DNA of 64,000 nt from the NCBI GenBank assembly GCA_051883055.1, contig JBJESZ010000012.1, positions 6,844 to 70,843 of the forward strand, in the 5' to 3' direction. The position numbers and the translations under genes are program-made. Below the pieces are notes generated by a model. The model made no database searches and was not told the DNA's origin. It saw nothing but the letters and a program-made list of their open reading frames with translations. This DNA comes from Emergencia sp. (GTDB taxonomy: Bacteria > Bacillota > Clostridia > Peptostreptococcales > Anaerovoracaceae). Position 1 is the stretch's first letter. The number at the start of each line of letters is the position of its first letter. Below, in pieces: positions 18,351 to 31,905 of the stretch.

Positions 18351-20204
18351 ATGGACAGACTATTTATGAAGTCTAAGGACCGGGCTGAATTTACAGTTGA
18401 AGGCTTGTATAAAGATCTTGAGAGACGAGTTGTATCCAGTCCTGCGGGACAGTGCCCTGTGGATATGGCTGCAGCCTTCTTGAGAATGTGTCACGCTCAG
18501 AGCTGCGGTAAATGTATACCGTGCCGTGTAGGATTAGGCCAGCTGCAGATTATGCTCGACAGAATCCTTGCAATTGACGGCAACGAGGATTTAAGTATTT
18601 TAGACAATTTGAAAAGGACAGCGGAAGCAATCAGAGTGTCCTCAGACTGTGCAATAGGTACAGAGGCTGCCGCTATGATTCTCCGCGGGCTGGAAGGCTT
18701 CAGAAGTGATTACGAATCGCATATTCTGAACCACAGCTGTGATGAAACAGTAATAAACAAGAGACAGGCCGTTCCGTGCAGAGGAGGCTGTCCTGCAGGA
18801 GTGGATGTTCCGGGATATGTCGCCCTGGTAAGAAGCGGAAGATACGACGATGCAGTTAAGCTTATCAGAAAGGATAACCCTTTCCCTACAGTATGTGCAT
18901 TGATCTGCGAACACCCGTGCGAAGAAAAGTGCAGAAGAAATATAATTGATACACCTGTAAATATCAGAGCGATTAAGAGATTTGCCGTGGACAACTGTTC
19001 AAAGGAGGTCGAAACTCCTGCAAGAATGGACAGCACAGGCAAGAAGGTGGCCGTAATTGGCGGAGGACCGTCCGGACTGTCAGCTGCATACTTCCTGTCA
19101 ATAATGGGACATGATGTAACAGTATTTGAGAAGAGAGCTCAGCTTGGCGGAATGCTGAGATACGGAATTCCGAAGTACAGACTTCCAAGAGAAAGACTGC
19201 AGTGGGACATCGACGCAATCGCAGCAGCCGGAGTTGAGTTCAAGACCGATTATGACATCAGCTCAGATGAGGCCATTAAGGAAATTAAGGATAACTATGA
19301 TGCGGTATATATTTCAATCGGTTCCCATAACCATAAGAATCTTGGAATACCGGGAGAATTTGCCAAAGGAGTTATTCCTGCGGTTGAAATGCTCAGAAGC
19401 ATAGGTGACGATGCCATGCCGGACTTTAAAGGTAAGTCAGTTGCCGTAATCGGCGGCGGAAATGTTGCCATGGACGTAGCCAGAACAGCCAAGAGACTTG
19501 GTGCAAGTCAGGTTTCCATCGTTTACAGAAGACGCAGAGACGATATGACAGCGCTTCCTGACGAAATTGGAGGAGCTATTGCAGAAGGCTGCGAGCTGTT
19601 CCAGCTAAAAGCACCGTCAGAAATCATCGTAGATAAGAGCGGCCACGTAAAAGGACTGTATGTTCAGCCTCAGATTGCATCAGAAGCTGACCGCTCAGGA
19701 AGACCTAAGCCGGTTGATGCCGATCAGCCGAGAGAGAAGATCCCTTGTGATATCGTAATATCTGCAATCGGACAGGCTACTGATATCGAGTTCTTCGAAA
19801 AATACGGAATTCCTGTATACAGAGGAACTATCAAGGCTGAGAAGAACAGTGTAGTAGACAAGGTACAGGGAATCTATGCAGGCGGAGACTGCGTAACAGG
19901 ACCGTCAACCGTTATCAATGCAATAGCTGCAGGAAAGGTTGCAGCTGCAAATATCGACAGCTATCTGGGATATAACCACGAAATATCAGTTGACATAGAG
20001 ATACCTGACCCTGTAGTTGAGGACAAGCCTTCACGCGGAAGAATCGATTTAAAGGAAAGATATGCCGCTGAAAGAGGAGGAGACTTTGAAGCAGTTGAAC
20101 TTCCGATGACAAGAGAAGAATCACTTGCGGAATGCTCAAGATGCCTGCGCTGTGATGAGTGCGGATTTGGATCATTTAGAGGAGGCAGAATAGAGAAATG
20201 GTAA
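18351..20204 (+). CDS. GltD/NfnB-like FAD/NAD(P)H oxidoreductase with N-terminal NuoF-type 4Fe-4S domain (hydrogenase partner)
   Basis: SCGKCIPCRVG...DCAIG (NADH_4Fe-4S), PCRGGCP/CALICEHPCEEKC (GltD-type FeS), GGGPSG and GGGNVAMD...YRRRR, C-terminal RCLRC; ATG at 18351 has SD GGAGG. Confidence 0.88.
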   Translation: MDRLFMKSKDRAEFTVEGLYKDLERRVVSSPAGQCPVDMAAAFLRMCHAQSCGKCIPCRVGLGQLQIMLDRILAIDGNEDLSILDNLKRTAEAIRVSSDCAIGTEAAAMILRGLEGFRSDYESHILNHSCDETVINKRQAVPCRGGCPAGVDVPGYVALVRSGRYDDAVKLIRKDNPFPTVCALICEHPCEEKCRRNIIDTPVNIRAIKRFAVDNCSKEVETPARMDSTGKKVAVIGGGPSGLSAAYFLSIMGHDVTVFEKRAQLGGMLRYGIPKYRLPRERLQWDIDAIAAAGVEFKTDYDISSDEAIKEIKDNYDAVYISIGSHNHKNLGIPGEFAKGVIPAVEMLRSIGDDAMPDFKGKSVAVIGGGNVAMDVARTAKRLGASQVSIVYRRRRDDMTALPDEIGGAIAEGCELFQLKAPSEIIVDKSGHVKGLYVQPQIASEADRSGRPKPVDADQPREKIPCDIVISAIGQATDIEFFEKYGIPVYRGTIKAEKNSVVDKVQGIYAGGDCVTGPSTVINAIAAGKVAAANIDSYLGYNHEISVDIEIPDPVVEDKPSRGRIDLKERYAAERGGDFEAVELPMTREESLAECSRCLRCDECGFGSFRGGRIEKW

Positions 20205-21940
20205 ACATAAAAATAGACGGACGAAAAATTTCAGTTCCTGCCGGCACTACGATAATGGAAGCCGCACTGAAGGCAGGAATAGATATTCCTCATCTTTGTT
20301 TTCTTAAAGATGTTAATGAAATCGGTGCATGCAGAGTATGCCTGGTTGAAATAGAGGGGATGGACAAGCTGGTAACTGCCTGCAATACAAAGGTAGAAGA
20401 AGGACAGGAAATCTTCACAAACAGTCCAAAGGTCAGAATGACAAGAAAAATAAATGTTGAGCTGATTCTGTCAGACCATGACTGCAAGTGTGTACAGTGT
20501 GTAAAGAGTGGAAACTGCACGCTGCAGAAGATTGCCAACGATCTGGGCATTATCAGTCTGCACTATGAGAATACAGCGGAAAAGAATCGCTGGGACTTCG
20601 AACTTCCTCTTATCAAAGAGGCGTCAAAATGCGTCAAGTGCATGAGATGTGTTCAGATCTGCGATAAGGTTCAGGGGTTAAATGTCTGGGACGTTAACGG
20701 CTCAGGCTACAGAACAAATGTGGGAGTTTCAAAGAACAAGTCTCTGACAGCTGCGGACTGTGTTCTATGCGGACAGTGTATAACTCATTGTCCGGTAGGA
20801 GCACTCAGAGCAAGAGACGACAGAGATATAATGAGCCGCGTGCTTGCAGATCCGGATAAAATCACTATGGTACAGATAGCACCGGCGGTAAGAACGGCAT
20901 GGGCGGACGAAATAGGGATGCCTAAGGCAGAGGCTACTACAGGAAAGCTGGTAAGTGCGCTGCGCAGAATCGGTTTTGATTACATATTCGATACAACCTA
21001 TTCTGCTGACCTTACAATTATGGAGGAAGGTTCAGAATTCATCGAAAGATTCACTCACAAAGAGGATTACAGCTGGCCGATGTTCACATCCTGCTGCCCG
21101 GGCTGGGTAAGATTCGTAAAAACCCAGTATCCTGATATGGTTAAAAATCTGTCCACGGCAAAATCACCGCAGCAGATGTTCGGTGCAATGTCAAAGACAT
21201 TCATTGCAAACAAACTGGGCGTTGATCCGGACAAAATATTCTCTGTTTCGATTATGCCTTGCATGTCCAAGAAATATGAACACAACGTAGAGGAAGTAAA
21301 TGATGCCGGTCACGGCAAGGATGTGGATCTTGTTCTGACAACGAGAGAACTTGCAAGGATGATTCGCGCCGACTACATCAAACCTTCTGATCTGAAGGAA
21401 GAGGCTTTTGACGACATCTTTGGAGAAGGTTCCGGTGCAGGCGTTATTTTCGGAGCGACCGGAGGAGTAATGGAGGCGGCGCTGAGAAGTGCGTACTTCC
21501 TTGTAACAGGGGAGAACCCTGAGCCTGACAGCTTCAAGAGTGTAAGAGGTCTGGACGGCTGGAAGGAGGCAACCTTCGATATCAAGGGTCTTCAGGTTAA
21601 GGTCGCCGTTGCAAGCGGTCTGGGTAATACAAGAAAGCTGATGGAGGCTATCAAAGCCGGCAAAGTTCACTATGACTTTGTAGAAATCATGGCATGTCCG
21701 GGAGGATGTGTCGGAGGAGGCGGACAGCCGACAAAGGACGGCAAGGAATTTGCAGGCGTAAGAGGGGAGGCTCTGTATGGTTTGGACAAATTCTCCAACC
21801 TGAGATTCTCACATGAAAACAGTGCAGTACAGCTGACGTATGAGGAATACCTTGGTGAGCCTAACTCACACAGAGCTCATGAGCTGCTTCACACAGACCT
21901 TGAACACTGGTCGATAGATATGAATAAAGAAAATATGTAA
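20198..21940 (+). CDS. hydA: [FeFe]-hydrogenase catalytic subunit, group A
   Basis: H-cluster motifs FTSCCPGW, MPCMSKKYE, EIMACPGGCVGGGGQP; N-terminal 2Fe-2S, His-ligated 4Fe-4S (HDCKCVQC) and 2x4Fe-4S. Confidence 0.95.
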   Translation: MVNIKIDGRKISVPAGTTIMEAALKAGIDIPHLCFLKDVNEIGACRVCLVEIEGMDKLVTACNTKVEEGQEIFTNSPKVRMTRKINVELILSDHDCKCVQCVKSGNCTLQKIANDLGIISLHYENTAEKNRWDFELPLIKEASKCVKCMRCVQICDKVQGLNVWDVNGSGYRTNVGVSKNKSLTAADCVLCGQCITHCPVGALRARDDRDIMSRVLADPDKITMVQIAPAVRTAWADEIGMPKAEATTGKLVSALRRIGFDYIFDTTYSADLTIMEEGSEFIERFTHKEDYSWPMFTSCCPGWVRFVKTQYPDMVKNLSTAKSPQQMFGAMSKTFIANKLGVDPDKIFSVSIMPCMSKKYEHNVEEVNDAGHGKDVDLVLTTRELARMIRADYIKPSDLKEEAFDDIFGEGSGAGVIFGATGGVMEAALRSAYFLVTGENPEPDSFKSVRGLDGWKEATFDIKGLQVKVAVASGLGNTRKLMEAIKAGKVHYDFVEIMACPGGCVGGGGQPTKDGKEFAGVRGEALYGLDKFSNLRFSHENSAVQLTYEEYLGEPNSHRAHELLHTDLEHWSIDMNKENM

Positions 21941-21958
21941 GATATTGAACAGGCAAGC

Positions 21959-21995
21959 CAAAAGGCTGAGACTGCACTGCAGCCTCAGCCTTTTG
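21959..21995. terminator. Bidirectional terminator between convergent hydA and recN
   Basis: caaaaggctgag-actgcactgcagc-ctcagccttttg. Confidence 0.7.
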
Positions 21996-23607
21996 CTGAA
22001 TTGATAAGCTCTAAAGCGTTCATTCTTGTAGTATCTGTTATATTTTCACCACCGAGCAGTCTTGCTATCTCGTCTATGGTCTGATTGTCCTTCAGCTTTT
22101 CGACACGGGTGAACGTCTTTTCATCTATTACTTCCTTATAAATTCTGTAATGAGATTCTCCACATGCAGCTATCTGAGGAAGATGTGTAATGCATATAAT
22201 CTGGTGATGCTGTGATATTTCCTTCAGCTTGCGTCCAACGATGCTGGCTGTTATTCCGCTTATTCCTGCATCAATTTCATCGAAAATCATAGTAGGAATA
22301 CTGTCATATGTGCCGGTTATGTTTTTGATTGCAAGCATGATTCTGGAAATTTCACCGCCGGATGCAATCTTCGCAAGAGGCTTCAACGGTTCACCTCTGT
22401 TAGTTGAAATGAGAATCTCTATCTGATCCTTTCCGTTTGAACCGATATCCGGTAATTCTCTGAATTCTATAGAAAGCTGTGCGGAATCGAAGTTTAGATC
22501 CTTAAGCTCTTTTTCAATTGACTTTTCCAGTTCAGAGGCACTTGATCTTCTGGCTTCAGTAAGCAGATCAGCCTGAATCTTGAGCTCCTGCAGTGCTTTG
22601 TCTGTATACTCTGTGAGCTGAGCCTTTAGCTCGTCAAAATTTTCAATACTGTAAAGCTCCTCAGACACTCTGTCCATATATAACAGGATTTCTTCAATGG
22701 TAGAACCGTATTTCTTCTTGAGTCCGTCTATTACATTCAGTCTGGTAATAGCCTCGTCCAGCTCATGAGGTGAGAAGGTAACCTTTTCTCTGATATCCCT
22801 AAGCGATGAGGATATATCTTCCAGTCTGTAAAACAGATCAGAATATTCGTCGGTAACCGAGGAAATTTCTCTTGAATAAGAGGCAATACCCTGAAGCGCA
22901 TTCATACCGGCACCTAAAGCTGATATGACTGCATTTTCACCGCCGTTAAGCATTTCGTAGGTTCCCTCGACAGCTGAATATATCTTTTCGCTGTTCTGAA
23001 GCATTGAAATACGTTCCTCAAGTTCATCATCCTCGCCTATGTGCAGCTGAGCCGAGCTGATTTCATCCACTTCAAACCGGTAGAAATCCCTCTTTCTCAA
23101 GTTTTCTGCCTCGGCGGAAAGCAGGGAGCTGAGCTTTTGTTTTACGGATGTGTACGCTTCGTAGCACTGGGAGAAATTCTTCTTGATTGCTTCTATGGAG
23201 CCACTGTGAAATCTGTCTACCAGATTGATATGATTATCACAGTTGAGCAGAGACTGGTTATCATACTGGCCATGTATGTCTGCAAGCCTGCGGCATATAA
23301 CAAGAAGTTCACTGAGTGTAACAATCTGACCATTGAGTCTGCACAGATTTTTACCGGTAGAGGACACCTCTCTGGTAATTACTATTTCTTCACCATCCAG
23401 ATCACCGGCCAGCTGAACAACCGCTTTATCTGCGCCAGATCGTACAAATGCAGAATCAGCCCTGCTCCCGAGAGCAAGGCTAACAGCTTCGATTACTATA
23501 GATTTTCCGCTACCGGTTTCACCGGTAATAATATTTAAACCATGGTCAAAATCAATTTCAGTGTTCTCAATAATTGCAAAATTACTGATACTAATATGGT
23601 TTATCAT
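21985..23607 (-). CDS. recN: DNA repair protein RecN
   Basis: ITGETGSGKS, IHGQYDNQ, ASGGEISRIML, FDEIDAG, ITHLPQIA. Confidence 0.97.
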   Translation of the reverse strand: MINHISISNFAIIENTEIDFDHGLNIITGETGSGKSIVIEAVSLALGSRADSAFVRSGADKAVVQLAGDLDGEEIVITREVSSTGKNLCRLNGQIVTLSELLVICRRLADIHGQYDNQSLLNCDNHINLVDRFHSGSIEAIKKNFSQCYEAYTSVKQKLSSLLSAEAENLRKRDFYRFEVDEISSAQLHIGEDDELEERISMLQNSEKIYSAVEGTYEMLNGGENAVISALGAGMNALQGIASYSREISSVTDEYSDLFYRLEDISSSLRDIREKVTFSPHELDEAITRLNVIDGLKKKYGSTIEEILLYMDRVSEELYSIENFDELKAQLTEYTDKALQELKIQADLLTEARRSSASELEKSIEKELKDLNFDSAQLSIEFRELPDIGSNGKDQIEILISTNRGEPLKPLAKIASGGEISRIMLAIKNITGTYDSIPTMIFDEIDAGISGITASIVGRKLKEISQHHQIICITHLPQIAACGESHYRIYKEVIDEKTFTRVEKLKDNQTIDEIARLLGGENITDTTRMNALELINSAKG

Positions 23608-24071
23608 ATATTTTTAGACCTCATAATAAGCATTTCGTTAAAAATGGAAAGGATACTTTCTACATTTTCTTCACGGTCAACAATGATAAGCAGGGTATTG
23701 TCTCCGGCAATTGATCCTACTACGTGAGGAAGACTGATACAGTCAATTGCTTCGCCTGCGGCAGGTCCGCATCCGGAAAGCGTTTTCACAACAATCAGGT
23801 TCTGTGCAGATGCGAAGGAAGTGATTGTCTCCCTGAAAATCTTAACGAATCTGTCTGAAATAGGCGTATCCTTGTTAGTGCTTACAGCATATTTGTATTT
23901 TCCTGAACTGGAAAGTGTCTTAATAAGCTGCAGCTCCTTAATATCTCTGGAAATTGTTGCCTGTGTAACATCAAAACCTTCAGACTTAAGCATCGAAACA
24001 AGCTTATCCTGAGTTTCGATATCGTTGTTTGCAATCAGCTCCAGTATCTTATTCTGTCTGGAATAACGCAT
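23604..24071 (-). CDS. argR: Arginine repressor ArgR
   Basis: IETQDKL, VTQATISRDIKEL, GSIAGDNT; start moved to ATG 24071 (SD AAGGAG); argR-recN synteny. Confidence 0.96.
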   Translation of the reverse strand: MRYSRQNKILELIANNDIETQDKLVSMLKSEGFDVTQATISRDIKELQLIKTLSSSGKYKYAVSTNKDTPISDRFVKIFRETITSFASAQNLIVVKTLSGCGPAAGEAIDCISLPHVVGSIAGDNTLLIIVDREENVESILSIFNEMLIMRSKNI

Positions 24072-24190
24072 TTTCTCTTCTCCTTTTATGAACCAATAAT
24101 CTATATCCATGAAAATTATATCATAATTTCAAGCGTTAAAGCAATAATTAATTCATAAAATACAATGGGGATTTATAAAAATTCAAACAA

Positions 24191-24219
24191 TGGACAAACA
24201 AATGTTCCTGTGTTATACT
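24191..24219 (+). promoter_or_regulatory. ruvCAB promoter containing a LexA (Cheo/SOS) box
   Basis: TGGACA-17 bp-TATACT with extended TG; AAAC-AAAT-GTTC at 24196-24207 is one mismatch from GAAC-N4-GTTC. Confidence 0.65.
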
Positions 24220-24252
24220 TATTCTGTATGTATTTCACGAGGAGTATGGTAT

Positions 24253-24744
24253 ATGAGAATTTTAGGAATCGACCCCGGTTATGCCATCCTTGGATGGGGT
24301 GTGCTGGATCTTAAGGGTAACCATTTTTCAGTAGTTGATTACGGTGCAATTACAACGGATGCCAAGATGGAAATGCCGCTGAGGCTGCAGCATCTTTATA
24401 CTCAGCTTTGTGCTGTTATTGAGAAATATAAGCCGGAGGTTGCATCAGTCGAGGAACTGTTTTTCAACAGTAATGCAAAAACCGCCATTATGGTTGGACA
24501 GGCCAGAGGGGTAGCTGTACTTGCCTGTGTAAATGGTGGTCTGGAAGTGAACGAATACACCCCTCTTCAGATAAAACAGGCACTGGTGGGATACGGCCGG
24601 GCTGACAAGAAGCAGGTGCAGGCAATGGTAAAGGCTATTCTTAATCTTTCAGAAGTACCTAAACCGGATGATACAGCTGACGCAGTGGCCGCTGCAATAT
24701 GCCACGGACATTCAGCAGGAAACAGAGCGAGGTTAATCAAATGA
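24253..24744 (+). CDS. ruvC: Holliday junction resolvase RuvC
   Basis: [29 protein letters not shown]; start moved to ATG 24253 (SD GAGGAG). Confidence 0.97.
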   Translation: MRILGIDPGYAILGWGVLDLKGNHFSVVDYGAITTDAKMEMPLRLQHLYTQLCAVIEKYKPEVASVEELFFNSNAKTAIMVGQARGVAVLACVNGGLEVNEYTPLQIKQALVGYGRADKKQVQAMVKAILNLSEVPKPDDTADAVAAAICHGHSAGNRARLIK

Positions 24745-25334
24745 TAAGATGTATTAAAGGAAAATTTTATCCAAATATAGATGGAAGCATTATTGTGGAA
24801 ACTGATTCAGGCGTTGGATTTAGAGTTTTTGTTCCTGCTAATTCGGCAGTATACAGAAACACAGAGGGAAGCGAAGTGAAAATATACACTTCCATGATAG
24901 TAAGAGAGGATGCAATGAGCCTTTACGGGTTTAACGGCAAGGATGAGCTGGAACTCTTTGAACTTCTGATTACCGTAAACGGCGTTGGAGCAAAGGCAGG
25001 AATGTCAATAATGAGCACACTTCCGCCGTCTGAACTGAAACAGGCCATAGCGGCAGGTGATGTTAAGGCGATTTCGGCAGCCAACGGTATAGGTAAGAAA
25101 ACCGCTGAAAGAATAATTCTGGAGCTCAGAGACAAGGTTGAGGCCTTTGGTTTTGCGACGGATACAGAGGTTTCAGTTTCGACTGCATACAGCGACGAAA
25201 GAAGCGAGGCTGTGAACGCTTTGATTGCTCTTGGGTACACAAAGAACGAGGCGACGGCGGCAGTCGGTGCCGTTGCCGGAGAAGCCCTGACATGCGAGGA
25301 ATACATTAAGGGCGCACTTAAGAATTTATTTTAG
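24741..25334 (+). CDS. ruvA: Holliday junction branch-migration protein RuvA
   Basis: [42 protein letters not shown]; start moved to ATG 24741. Confidence 0.96.
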   Translation: MIRCIKGKFYPNIDGSIIVETDSGVGFRVFVPANSAVYRNTEGSEVKIYTSMIVREDAMSLYGFNGKDELELFELLITVNGVGAKAGMSIMSTLPPSELKQAIAAGDVKAISAANGIGKKTAERIILELRDKVEAFGFATDTEVSVSTAYSDERSEAVNALIALGYTKNEATAAVGAVAGEALTCEEYIKGALKNLF

Positions 25335-25343
25335 AGGTAGTAT

Positions 25344-26366
25344 ATGGTAGAAGAAAGAATTACTCAGTCAGGGGCACTGGCTGCAGAGGAAAAGCAGGAG
25401 ACTACTCTCAGACCTCAGTTTCTGGACGATTTTATGGGACAGAAGACTGTAAAGGATAATCTGAAAATATTTATAGAGGCTGCAAAGCTGAGAGGCGAAC
25501 CACTTGACCACGTTCTGTTCTATGGCCCTCCGGGCCTGGGCAAGACCACCCTGGCAGGAATCATAGCAAATGAACTGGGAGTGGATATCAAGATAACATC
25601 GGGACCGGCAATAGAGCGAGCCGGTGACCTGGCAGCAATCCTGACCAATCTTAATGAGAATGATGTGCTTTTTATCGACGAAATACACAGACTTAACAGG
25701 TCGGTAGAAGAGGTTCTGTATTCTGCAATGGAGGACTATGCCCTGGACATCATAATAGGAAAAGGTCCCTCCGCCAGATCCATCCGTCTGGATATTGCAA
25801 AGTTTACCCTGATCGGTGCGACTACGAGAGCAGGAAGCCTTTCTGCACCTTTACGAGACCGTTTCGGAGTAATAAGCAAGTTTGAATTATATGACGATGA
25901 GGAGCTTGCACATATTATCAGGCGATCTGCCGGACTGCTCGGGGTGGAGGTTGATGAAAGCTCACTTATGGAGATGGCCAGATGTTCAAGAGGTACCCCG
26001 CGCGTAGCAAACAGACTGCTGAAAAGAATAAGAGATTTCTCTCAGGTGAGAGGAAACGGAGTAATTACGGAAGAAATAACTGCTGAGGCACTTAAGGCTC
26101 TGGGCGTTGACAGTCTGGGACTTGAGCGCCTGGACAGAGAAATACTGTCAGCAATCATACATAGATTTAACGGAGGTCCTGTAGGAATAGATACCATTGC
26201 GGCTTCCATAGGAGAAGAGCGTGTTACAATAGAGGATGCCTATGAGCCGTATTTAATACAATCGGGCTTGCTATATCGCACACAAAAAGGTAGAATGGTA
26301 TCTCGATTAGGTTACAAGCACCTGGGACTGGAGTATCCGGGAGAAGGAGAAGACAGTGAAAATTAG
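25344..26366 (+). CDS. ruvB: Holliday junction helicase RuvB
   Basis: [40 protein letters not shown]. Confidence 0.98.
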   Translation: MVEERITQSGALAAEEKQETTLRPQFLDDFMGQKTVKDNLKIFIEAAKLRGEPLDHVLFYGPPGLGKTTLAGIIANELGVDIKITSGPAIERAGDLAAILTNLNENDVLFIDEIHRLNRSVEEVLYSAMEDYALDIIIGKGPSARSIRLDIAKFTLIGATTRAGSLSAPLRDRFGVISKFELYDDEELAHIIRRSAGLLGVEVDESSLMEMARCSRGTPRVANRLLKRIRDFSQVRGNGVITEEITAEALKALGVDSLGLERLDREILSAIIHRFNGGPVGIDTIAASIGEERVTIEDAYEPYLIQSGLLYRTQKGRMVSRLGYKHLGLEYPGEGEDSEN

Positions 26367-27399
26367 CGATTTTGATTACGAGCTTCCTGCAGAGCTGATA
26401 GCGCAGAGACCTGCAGAAAAGAGGGATGTCTGCCGCCTCATGGTAATGAACAGAGCCAAGGGGAGCATAGAACATAAACATTTTTATGATATTCTTGATT
26501 ATCTGAACAAGGGTGACTGCCTTATACTGAACAATTCCAAGGTACTGCCTGCACGTCTGTTCGGAGAGAAGGAGGGTACCGGAGCCAGGGTAGAGTTTCT
26601 GCTTATCAAGAGAATTGAGGGCGACCGCTGGGAAACCATGGTCAGACCGGGTAAGCGACTGAAACCGGGAGATGCGGTAAGCTTCGGAAAAAGTTTCAGA
26701 GCCGAGATTGTGGATTACGGCCCTGACGGCACGAGAATAGTAGATTTTAAATACGAAGGAATTTTTATGGAAAGGCTTGACGAGCTGGGAAAGATGCCGC
26801 TGCCTCCGTATATTGAGAGAGAAAGCACACCGGAAGACAAGGATATGTATCAGACTGTGTACTGCAAGGAGGAGGGCTCTGTTGCTGCACCGACAGCAGG
26901 GCTGCATTTTACAGACGAGCTTCTGAAAAAGGCAGAAGAAAAGGGCGTCAAGCTTGCCTACGTCACACTTCACGTTGGAATCGGTACTTTCAGACCGGTA
27001 AAATGTGAAAACGTGGAAGATCACAGCATGCATTTTGAAGAGTACTTCATAGATGAGGAAAATGCTGCACTCATAAACGATACTATCAGAGAAGGCGGCA
27101 GAATAATATCCGTGGGAACAACATCTACAAGAACCGTGGAAAGTGCCGCATACTTTGATGAGGAGCTGGGCAGATATCAGGTTGCCGAGGGTTCAGGCAG
27201 CACTGATATATTCATTTACCCCGGATATAAATTTAAGATTATAGAAGCTTTGATAACAAATTTTCATCTTCCGAAGTCGACTCTGCTGATGCTGATATCG
27301 GCGCTGTATGACAGAGAGAAGATTCTTGAGGCATACGAAATTGCCGTTAGGGAGAAATACCGTTTCTTCAGCTACGGAGACGCGTGCCTGATTATATAG
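26356..27399 (+). CDS. queA: SAM:tRNA ribosyltransferase-isomerase QueA
   Basis: [49 protein letters not shown]. Confidence 0.98.
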   Translation: MKISDFDYELPAELIAQRPAEKRDVCRLMVMNRAKGSIEHKHFYDILDYLNKGDCLILNNSKVLPARLFGEKEGTGARVEFLLIKRIEGDRWETMVRPGKRLKPGDAVSFGKSFRAEIVDYGPDGTRIVDFKYEGIFMERLDELGKMPLPPYIERESTPEDKDMYQTVYCKEEGSVAAPTAGLHFTDELLKKAEEKGVKLAYVTLHVGIGTFRPVKCENVEDHSMHFEEYFIDEENAALINDTIREGGRIISVGTTSTRTVESAAYFDEELGRYQVAEGSGSTDIFIYPGYKFKIIEALITNFHLPKSTLLMLISALYDREKILEAYEIAVREKYRFFSYGDACLII

Positions 27400-27420
27400 G
27401 CTCAAATTAAAGAAGCTTAA

Positions 27421-29734
<2,314 letters not shown>

Positions 29735-29749
29735 ATAAGGAGGAATTTA

Positions 29750-31333
29750 GTGTTAACAGTAACAAATGTAAGTATGAACTTTAGCGGGCAGATTCTGTTC
29801 AAGGATGTTGATCTTAAATTTACACAGGGCAACTGCTACGGTATAATCGGAGCAAACGGAGCCGGAAAATCAACCTTTCTGAGAATTCTGTCCGGAGATC
29901 TTGAACCTACAACAGGCACAGTATCACTGAAGCCGCATACAAGAATGTCCGTCCTTAAGCAGGACCACTTCGCTTTCGATGAATTCACAGTTCTGGATAC
30001 GGTAATTCAGGGAAATCCAAGACTTTATCAGGTAATGCAGGAAAAGGATGCTATATATATGAAGGAGGACTTCTCAGAGGAAGACGGTATCAGAGCTGCC
30101 GAGCTTGAGGCGGAATTCGCTGAAATGGACGGCTGGGAGGCCGATTCCAATGTAAGCAGGCTGATTCAGGGTCTGGGACTGTCAGAGGATATTCTGTACA
30201 GCCCGATGTCAGGGCTGACGGCAAAAGAAAAGGTTAAGGTTCTGCTTGCACAGGCGCTGTTCGGCAATCCGGAAATCGTACTTCTTGACGAGCCTACCAA
30301 CCATCTTGACATCAAAGCTATCAACTGGCTGGAGGAATTTCTTATGGAATATCCGGGAACAGTGCTGGTAGTATCCCATGACAGACATTTCCTGAACACT
30401 GTCTGCACCAATATAGTTGACGTAGACTACGGCAAGATTAAAATGTATGTAGGAAACTACGAGTTCTGGTATGAATCATCACAGCTGATGCAGAAGCTCC
30501 TTACGAACCAGAAGAAGAGAACTGAGGAGAAAATAAAGGAACTGCAGACATTTATCCAGCGTTTCAGCTCCAACAAATCCAAGGCAAAACAGGCCACATC
30601 AAGAAGGAAGCTGCTGGACAAGCTGACTATAGAAGAACTGCCTGCATCATCACGCCGCTATCCTTTTGTAGGTTTCACAATGGACAGGGAGGCAGGCAAG
30701 GATATTCTGCAGGTAGACAATCTATCCAAGACTATTGACGGTGTGAAGGTTCTTGACAACATTACCTTCAGAGTGAACAAAGGTGACAAAATAGCCTTTG
30801 TAGGCGAGAATGAAATAGCAAACACAACGCTGTTTAAAATCCTTATGGGAGAGATGGAGCCGGATGAAGGAAGCTACAAGTGGGGAATCACCATTACAAG
30901 CTCATATCTTCCGATAGATAATTCAGAGTACTTTAACGGTTCTGAATACAACATGATTGAATGGCTGAGCCAGTATACAAAGGAAACTACAGAAACCTTC
31001 ATGAGAAGCTTCCTTGGGAGAATGCTGTTCTCCGGAGACGATGTATACAAAAACGTACAGGTACTTTCCGGCGGAGAGAAGGTAAGATGTATGCTTTCAC
31101 GTATGATGCTTTACGGATCAAACGTTCTGGTTCTTGACCAGCCGACAAACCACCTGGATCTTGAATCCATTACCGCAGTAAACGAAGGTCTTATAAATTT
31201 CAAGGGAAATGTAATATTTGCATCACACGATCACGAATTCATTCAGACCATTGCAAACCGCATCATGGAAATCAGACCGGATGGAACCCTTATCGACAAG
31301 CTTTGCACATACGACGAATATATCGAGATGTAA
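29750..31333 (+). CDS. ABC-F family ribosome-associated ATPase (YkpA/YbiT-like)
   Basis: Two ABC domains and no TM helices; [19 protein letters not shown], inter-domain linker, LSGGEK; second site degenerate. Confidence 0.9.
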   Translation: MLTVTNVSMNFSGQILFKDVDLKFTQGNCYGIIGANGAGKSTFLRILSGDLEPTTGTVSLKPHTRMSVLKQDHFAFDEFTVLDTVIQGNPRLYQVMQEKDAIYMKEDFSEEDGIRAAELEAEFAEMDGWEADSNVSRLIQGLGLSEDILYSPMSGLTAKEKVKVLLAQALFGNPEIVLLDEPTNHLDIKAINWLEEFLMEYPGTVLVVSHDRHFLNTVCTNIVDVDYGKIKMYVGNYEFWYESSQLMQKLLTNQKKRTEEKIKELQTFIQRFSSNKSKAKQATSRRKLLDKLTIEELPASSRRYPFVGFTMDREAGKDILQVDNLSKTIDGVKVLDNITFRVNKGDKIAFVGENEIANTTLFKILMGEMEPDEGSYKWGITITSSYLPIDNSEYFNGSEYNMIEWLSQYTKETTETFMRSFLGRMLFSGDDVYKNVQVLSGGEKVRCMLSRMMLYGSNVLVLDQPTNHLDLESITAVNEGLINFKGNVIFASHDHEFIQTIANRIMEIRPDGTLIDKLCTYDEYIEM

Positions 31334-31353
31334 TTTCAGGAGGAAGCAAAAGC

Positions 31354-31905
31354 ATGGACAGTGAAAAAATAAAAGACGGAGTCCGCCTTATTCTGGAGGG
31401 AATAGGCGAAGATGTGAACAGAGAAGGTCTCCTTGAAACGCCGGACCGAATTGCACGTATGTGTGAACAGATTTTCGGAGGTCTGGAGCAGGACGCTTCA
31501 GTTCACTTTGAAAAGAAGTTTCATGCAGTGAACAACAACATAGTAATAGAAAAGGACATTATCTTTCATTCCGTGTGTGAACATCATCTTCTGCCGTTTT
31601 TCGGCAAGGCACATGTGGCATATATTCCAAATGAGAAGGTTGCGGGTCTGAGCAAGCTGGCACGCACCGTAGAGGTCTTTGCGAGAAGACCGCAGATTCA
31701 GGAAAACATGACGGCTCAGATTGCCGAAGCCGTGGAAAAGTATCTGGAGCCGAAGGGTGTAATGGTAATGCTTGAGGCAGAGCATATGTGTATGTCGATG
31801 CGCGGCGTTCAGAAACCGGGAACCAAGACAGTCACAACGATCACTAAGGGTGCTTTCGCTGAGGATTACAGTCTGCAGCAGACCTTCATGCAGATGGTGA
31901 AGTAG
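31354..31905 (+). CDS. folE: GTP cyclohydrolase I
   Basis: [39 protein letters not shown]; start moved to ATG 31354. Confidence 0.97.
   Translation: MDSEKIKDGVRLILEGIGEDVNREGLLETPDRIARMCEQIFGGLEQDASVHFEKKFHAVNNNIVIEKDIIFHSVCEHHLLPFFGKAHVAYIPNEKVAGLSKLARTVEVFARRPQIQENMTAQIAEAVEKYLEPKGVMVMLEAEHMCMSMRGVQKPGTKTVTTITKGAFAEDYSLQQTFMQMVK

Noticed and set aside
24105-24160. ARG boxes upstream of argR
   Set aside because: The best candidates have three or more mismatches in very AT-rich DNA and cannot be told from background.
26224-27033. Long antisense ORFs in the track (for example 26224-27033, 4379-4999, 49142-49813, 35577-36098)
   Set aside because: They lie opposite well-supported genes and show no recognisable motifs; treated as shadow ORFs.
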